A DNA stretch of 41,129 nucleotides from Ignavibacteria bacterium (lineage in GTDB: Bacteria; Bacteroidota; Ignavibacteria; UBA10030; UBA6906): positions 1-41,129 of the forward strand of contig JAPUKJ010000040.1 of NCBI GenBank assembly GCA_027295705.1, written 5' to 3'. Of the stretch, positions 37,807 through 41,129 are shown piece by piece (the stretch's first letter is position 1; each line of letters begins with the position of its first letter). Made by a program: the position numbers and the translations under genes. Under the pieces are notes generated by a model, which saw only the letters and a list, made by a program, of their open reading frames with translations, was not told the origin of the DNA and searched no databases.

Positions 37807-40236
37807 ATGAAACAATTACTGAAATTAGCCTTGGTGTTCCCCGTGCTCGTTGGGTCGCTTAGTTATAGTGGTGGATCTCAAAGACCGGAATATCTGGGTG
37901 CAAACTGGGCGCGTGTTTCAGACAAGGTGCAGATTGAGCTCATCGTAGATGAGTTACGTGCTGTTGCTGAGGGACGATTAAGTGGGAGGATAGTGCGGAA
38001 TCACGTTGCCCCGGATTTGGACCTTTCATCAATATTTAAGGTTAGCAGTACCTTACCTGCTGCGACCCGATCGGCCCATATTTATGCAGGCGCATCTGAA
38101 GTGCTGGTAAACGGGAAAACTGCATCGATAGAAACAGGCGCTGGTGAACGATTATTGTTTGAGAAGATCAACAACACCTGGAGAGTAACTGGCGGATCGA
38201 TGAGGGTACAGCAAGCCTTGGTCAGTCCGGAAAATGTAACATCGCTTACTATGGGCGACGGCACCTCCAAGGGGAAAACGTTCGTTCAAACTCCTATGAG
38301 TCGTGAGCATGGCATTGGCCGTTTGTCGCGCAGCGTTACGCGTGCAAGGATCGATCGCGCGCTCTTCAGCACACCTGAGAAGACCGCATCGTATTACTAT
38401 GCGCACTACATGGAATCGGCCCCCTATGTTTCGGCGACGTACATTCAATTCGTCACTGATCCGGACTGGAATCGGATCGTGTACGGCAATATGAATCACT
38501 GGATCAAGTCCTACGATAACGTGCTCGGTCCTTCGGCGATTGTGACTGATGCTGAAGGCAGAGTATTTGTTGGAGAAACCGGCAACAAGCGAGTTACTGT
38601 CCTTCGTATCGTTGGTGATGGGAGTGATGCTCAGCTTCAACCGCTGTATTACATTCCTAACATCACTAACCCGAGTGACATCGCTTTGAACGACAATGGC
38701 ACCCCGCTTGACGTCAGCGATGACCTCCTGTATGTTGCGGACGCTTCGCAAAACAAGATCCTTAAATACCTCCTAGGACCCTCTGCCGCAACACTTGTCA
38801 AAACGTTTGATGGTTTTGATACACCAACCTGTGTTCTCGTTGGGAAATGGAATGGGGCTAGCAGCGGCCTCCTCTATGTTGTGGACCAAGTTGCCAAACG
38901 TATCCGATTGTTCAACGACACTGGATCAGAGCTTTCTCTCATCAAAGAAGTGAGAGGCGATTACAGTCAGTACTTCAAATCGATCAAGGCTGATCACTTT
39001 GGGAATATCTATGTCGTTGACAACGTTAACTCACAGGTTTTCAAATTCACGGCAGCTTTTGAATTGCTTGACTCCGAGGGTGGTGATGATGTGTTCGCAG
39101 CTCTTGGTAATGTCGATATTCCATTCGGCAAGATAGTGATCGATGGCCAGGGTACATATTGGGCCGGGTTTGACCAGATGTTTGCGGTGGAGCGTTGGGC
39201 GGAGGCCAGCGGTGCGCAGCGTCGGACGCTCGGTCTTAGCCTGAAGAACATCGAGTTTCGTTCTGACCGCGATGTCAGCACCGTAGACAATCAGTTTATC
39301 TTGACCGACTTCGGAGACGTCAAAGTGCGGGTGTATGATAGTAGAAACAGTTTAGTCCGAACGTTGAATTCAGCGTGGATGATCTCTGGCTGGAAGAATA
39401 TTACGTGGGATCGGCGCAACGATGCAGGTGTGCAGGTTCCTGCCGATACGTATCGTTACGAAATTGCAGCAACTTCCGCGTACAGAGAAGAACCGACTGT
39501 GTCGCTCACCCAGTTCTATCTGCCGATGTATTATTGGGAAAACAGTGGGAGCAGTAAGCAATCGGATGATGCGCACCTTGTCCAGGGTAGCGCCCTTGCA
39601 TGGGGGACAGAGCCATCGCAGTTGGCGAACGAACATGCGACATCGGTGCAGTACAGATTCAAAGGATTGAATCCTGAGAGTGAGTATGAAGTGTCCGCAG
39701 AATACGTTGCGAATGATGGCGTTCGTCGTATGCAAGACATGACGGTGAGTGGTCAGCAGCTTCACGAAGCGATGATGGTTTCCAACACGCCGACGCAGAC
39801 AGGATTCATCGCGTTGCCGAAGGAGACATTCGCAACTGGAGAAGTGGTCATTAGCATCAACGCACGTGCAGAGGGATCAGCAATTGTTTCCCAGTTGTGG
39901 TTCAAGGAGACCGGTGTAGGGTTTAGTCTGCAACAGGTGAACGAGTCTGTTCCTACTTCATACGCGCTGGAACAGAACTATCCGAATCCATTCAATCCCT
40001 CTACCGTGATCCGGTATTCAATACCAATAGATGGCCCGGTGGCTCTAAAGGTGTATGACATTACAGGACGCGAGGTTGTAACGCTGGTGGATGAGCATAA
40101 ATCTGCCGGAACGTATAAAGCGCGTTTTGATATTGGGATAGCAACAGGCGGCAGAAACCTTGCATCAGGTGTTTACTTCTACCGACTAACAGCAGGAGAC
40201 TTTTCGGAGACGAAGAAGCTACTATTGCTCAAGTAA
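37807..40236 (+). CDS. Large secreted multidomain protein: NHL-like propeller, internal FlgD-Ig domain, beta-sandwich, T9SS type-A CTD
   Basis: Signal peptide; repeats PSAIVTDAEGRVFVGETGNKRV, LYVADASQNKI, GNIYVVDNVNSQV; RVYDSRNSLVRTL..ITWDRRNDAG; QNYPNPFNP..SGVYFYRL..TKKLLLLK. Confidence 0.87.
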   Translation: MKQLLKLALVFPVLVGSLSYSGGSQRPEYLGANWARVSDKVQIELIVDELRAVAEGRLSGRIVRNHVAPDLDLSSIFKVSSTLPAATRSAHIYAGASEVLVNGKTASIETGAGERLLFEKINNTWRVTGGSMRVQQALVSPENVTSLTMGDGTSKGKTFVQTPMSREHGIGRLSRSVTRARIDRALFSTPEKTASYYYAHYMESAPYVSATYIQFVTDPDWNRIVYGNMNHWIKSYDNVLGPSAIVTDAEGRVFVGETGNKRVTVLRIVGDGSDAQLQPLYYIPNITNPSDIALNDNGTPLDVSDDLLYVADASQNKILKYLLGPSAATLVKTFDGFDTPTCVLVGKWNGASSGLLYVVDQVAKRIRLFNDTGSELSLIKEVRGDYSQYFKSIKADHFGNIYVVDNVNSQVFKFTAAFELLDSEGGDDVFAALGNVDIPFGKIVIDGQGTYWAGFDQMFAVERWAEASGAQRRTLGLSLKNIEFRSDRDVSTVDNQFILTDFGDVKVRVYDSRNSLVRTLNSAWMISGWKNITWDRRNDAGVQVPADTYRYEIAATSAYREEPTVSLTQFYLPMYYWENSGSSKQSDDAHLVQGSALAWGTEPSQLANEHATSVQYRFKGLNPESEYEVSAEYVANDGVRRMQDMTVSGQQLHEAMMVSNTPTQTGFIALPKETFATGEVVISINARAEGSAIVSQLWFKETGVGFSLQQVNESVPTSYALEQNYPNPFNPSTVIRYSIPIDGPVALKVYDITGREVVTLVDEHKSAGTYKARFDIGIATGGRNLASGVYFYRLTAGDFSETKKLLLLK

Positions 40237-40406
40237 AGAACCCTAGGACATATAAGAAAGGAGGTATACCATGATTGTGTCTGAGAAATTCTATTGATCG
40301 CTGCCAATTGCATCTAGTAGGCAATCATAATTCAAGCCCGACAGCGATTTGAGTGCAAAAGCACTCTACTTAATAGTATTGTCTCATTATTAAGTTGGAG
40401 GACGTG

Positions 40407-41129
40407 ATGAAAAAATTGTTATTCTTTCTGCCATTTGTCTCAGCATTTACTTTCGCTGAACCTCCCCCACCGCCGCCACCGGGAGGTTTTTCACTGAACA
40501 TCGACAATGAATTTCTACCATTTGCCGTCGGTATGGTTAACGTGCTTCAGGATCCCGTGATAGAAGTCCGTGTTAGCGTGCTAGACCAGACCGAGCTTGT
40601 TGACGGCGTGACCACTCGGGTAGTTGAGGAATATGAGTTGGAAAACGGCCAGCTGGTGGAGATCTCCCGTAACTGGTTCGCCCAGCATGCTGACGGTACG
40701 GTCTACTATTTCGGAGAGGATGTAGATATATACCAAAACGGCCAAATCGTGGGACACGGTGGCGCTTGGAGGGCTGGCGAGGGCCAGAACTTGGCCGGTA
40801 TCATGATGCCAGCCAATCCGTATGTGGGCCAGACCTACACGATGGAGTATGCACCGGGCATCACGATAGAGACCGCGGAGATTATGTCTATGGGGGAAAC
40901 GTTTGTAACACCAGCCGGTACATTTACTAACGTTGTGACTGTGCTGGAGAATGGAGTGTCTATAAAGAAATATGCGCCAGGTGTGGGTATGGTTTTTGAT
41001 GATGGAATTGTGCTCGTAAGTCATGCAGGAGTGTCTGATGTCGAAGAGGGGGATAACACACCGGCGGATTTCGCCCTAGCGCAGAACTATCCCAATCCGT
41101 TCAACCCCTCAACGACAATTGAATACAGT
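40407..41129 (+). CDS. Secreted hypothetical protein with T9SS type-A CTD; runs off window edge
   Basis: Not in ORF track. GGAGG RBS; open for 241 codons: MKKLLFFLPFVSAFTFAEPPPPPPPGG...NWFAQHADGTVYYFGEDVD...KKYAPGVG...FALAQNYPNPFNPSTTIEYS. Confidence 0.9.
   Translation, partial: MKKLLFFLPFVSAFTFAEPPPPPPPGGFSLNIDNEFLPFAVGMVNVLQDPVIEVRVSVLDQTELVDGVTTRVVEEYELENGQLVEISRNWFAQHADGTVYYFGEDVDIYQNGQIVGHGGAWRAGEGQNLAGIMMPANPYVGQTYTMEYAPGITIETAEIMSMGETFVTPAGTFTNVVTVLENGVSIKKYAPGVGMVFDDGIVLVSHAGVSDVEEGDNTPADFALAQNYPNPFNPSTTIEYS

Noticed and set aside
40581-41024. 147-aa minus-strand ORF and the many other antisense/shadow ORFs in the track
   Set aside because: They lie opposite or inside well-supported genes (here the 40407 T9SS cargo) and have no motifs.
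1-41129. CRISPR array, rRNA, IS/transposase, integrase or prophage
   Set aside because: No regularly spaced repeats or such coding motifs seen by eye; short degenerate elements could have been missed.

Overview
Chromosomal window of about 50% GC from an FCB-group bacterium, most likely Ignavibacteria-like. This is inferred from the 'QNYPNPFNP...KKLLLLK' secretion tails and the exbB-exbD-exbD-tonB-PstS-like-TPR operon. The left two-thirds is mostly housekeeping: tRNA-Met/tilS/hpt/ftsH/polyprenol kinase, hpnCDE squalene synthesis, gpmA, EVE, CorC/CNNM, the Ton operon, membrane pyrophosphatase hppA, Nudix, a secreted S1/P1 nuclease, copZ-copA and a GT4, plus two pseudogenes (GH2 stub, EEP nuclease). 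The most interesting part is 29.4-41.1 kb. (i) A self-contained small-gene transcription unit whose 5' and 3' UTRs are complementary over 20 bp next to the ribosome-binding site. (ii) A cell-envelope redox-like cluster: three small outer-membrane beta-barrels, a diheme hydrazine-synthase-alpha-like lipoprotein, a TlpA thioredoxin, DUF4266 and a DUF3570 barrel with a TGAT flavinylation-type motif, but no apbE in view. The cluster is interrupted by a GC-mosaic lipoprotein gene and a hidden orphan secretion-tail remnant, and followed by T9SS cargo genes. HppA lacks the gate glutamate at all three known positions. All family calls come from motif recognition without database searches. No CRISPR array, rRNA or transposase was seen.
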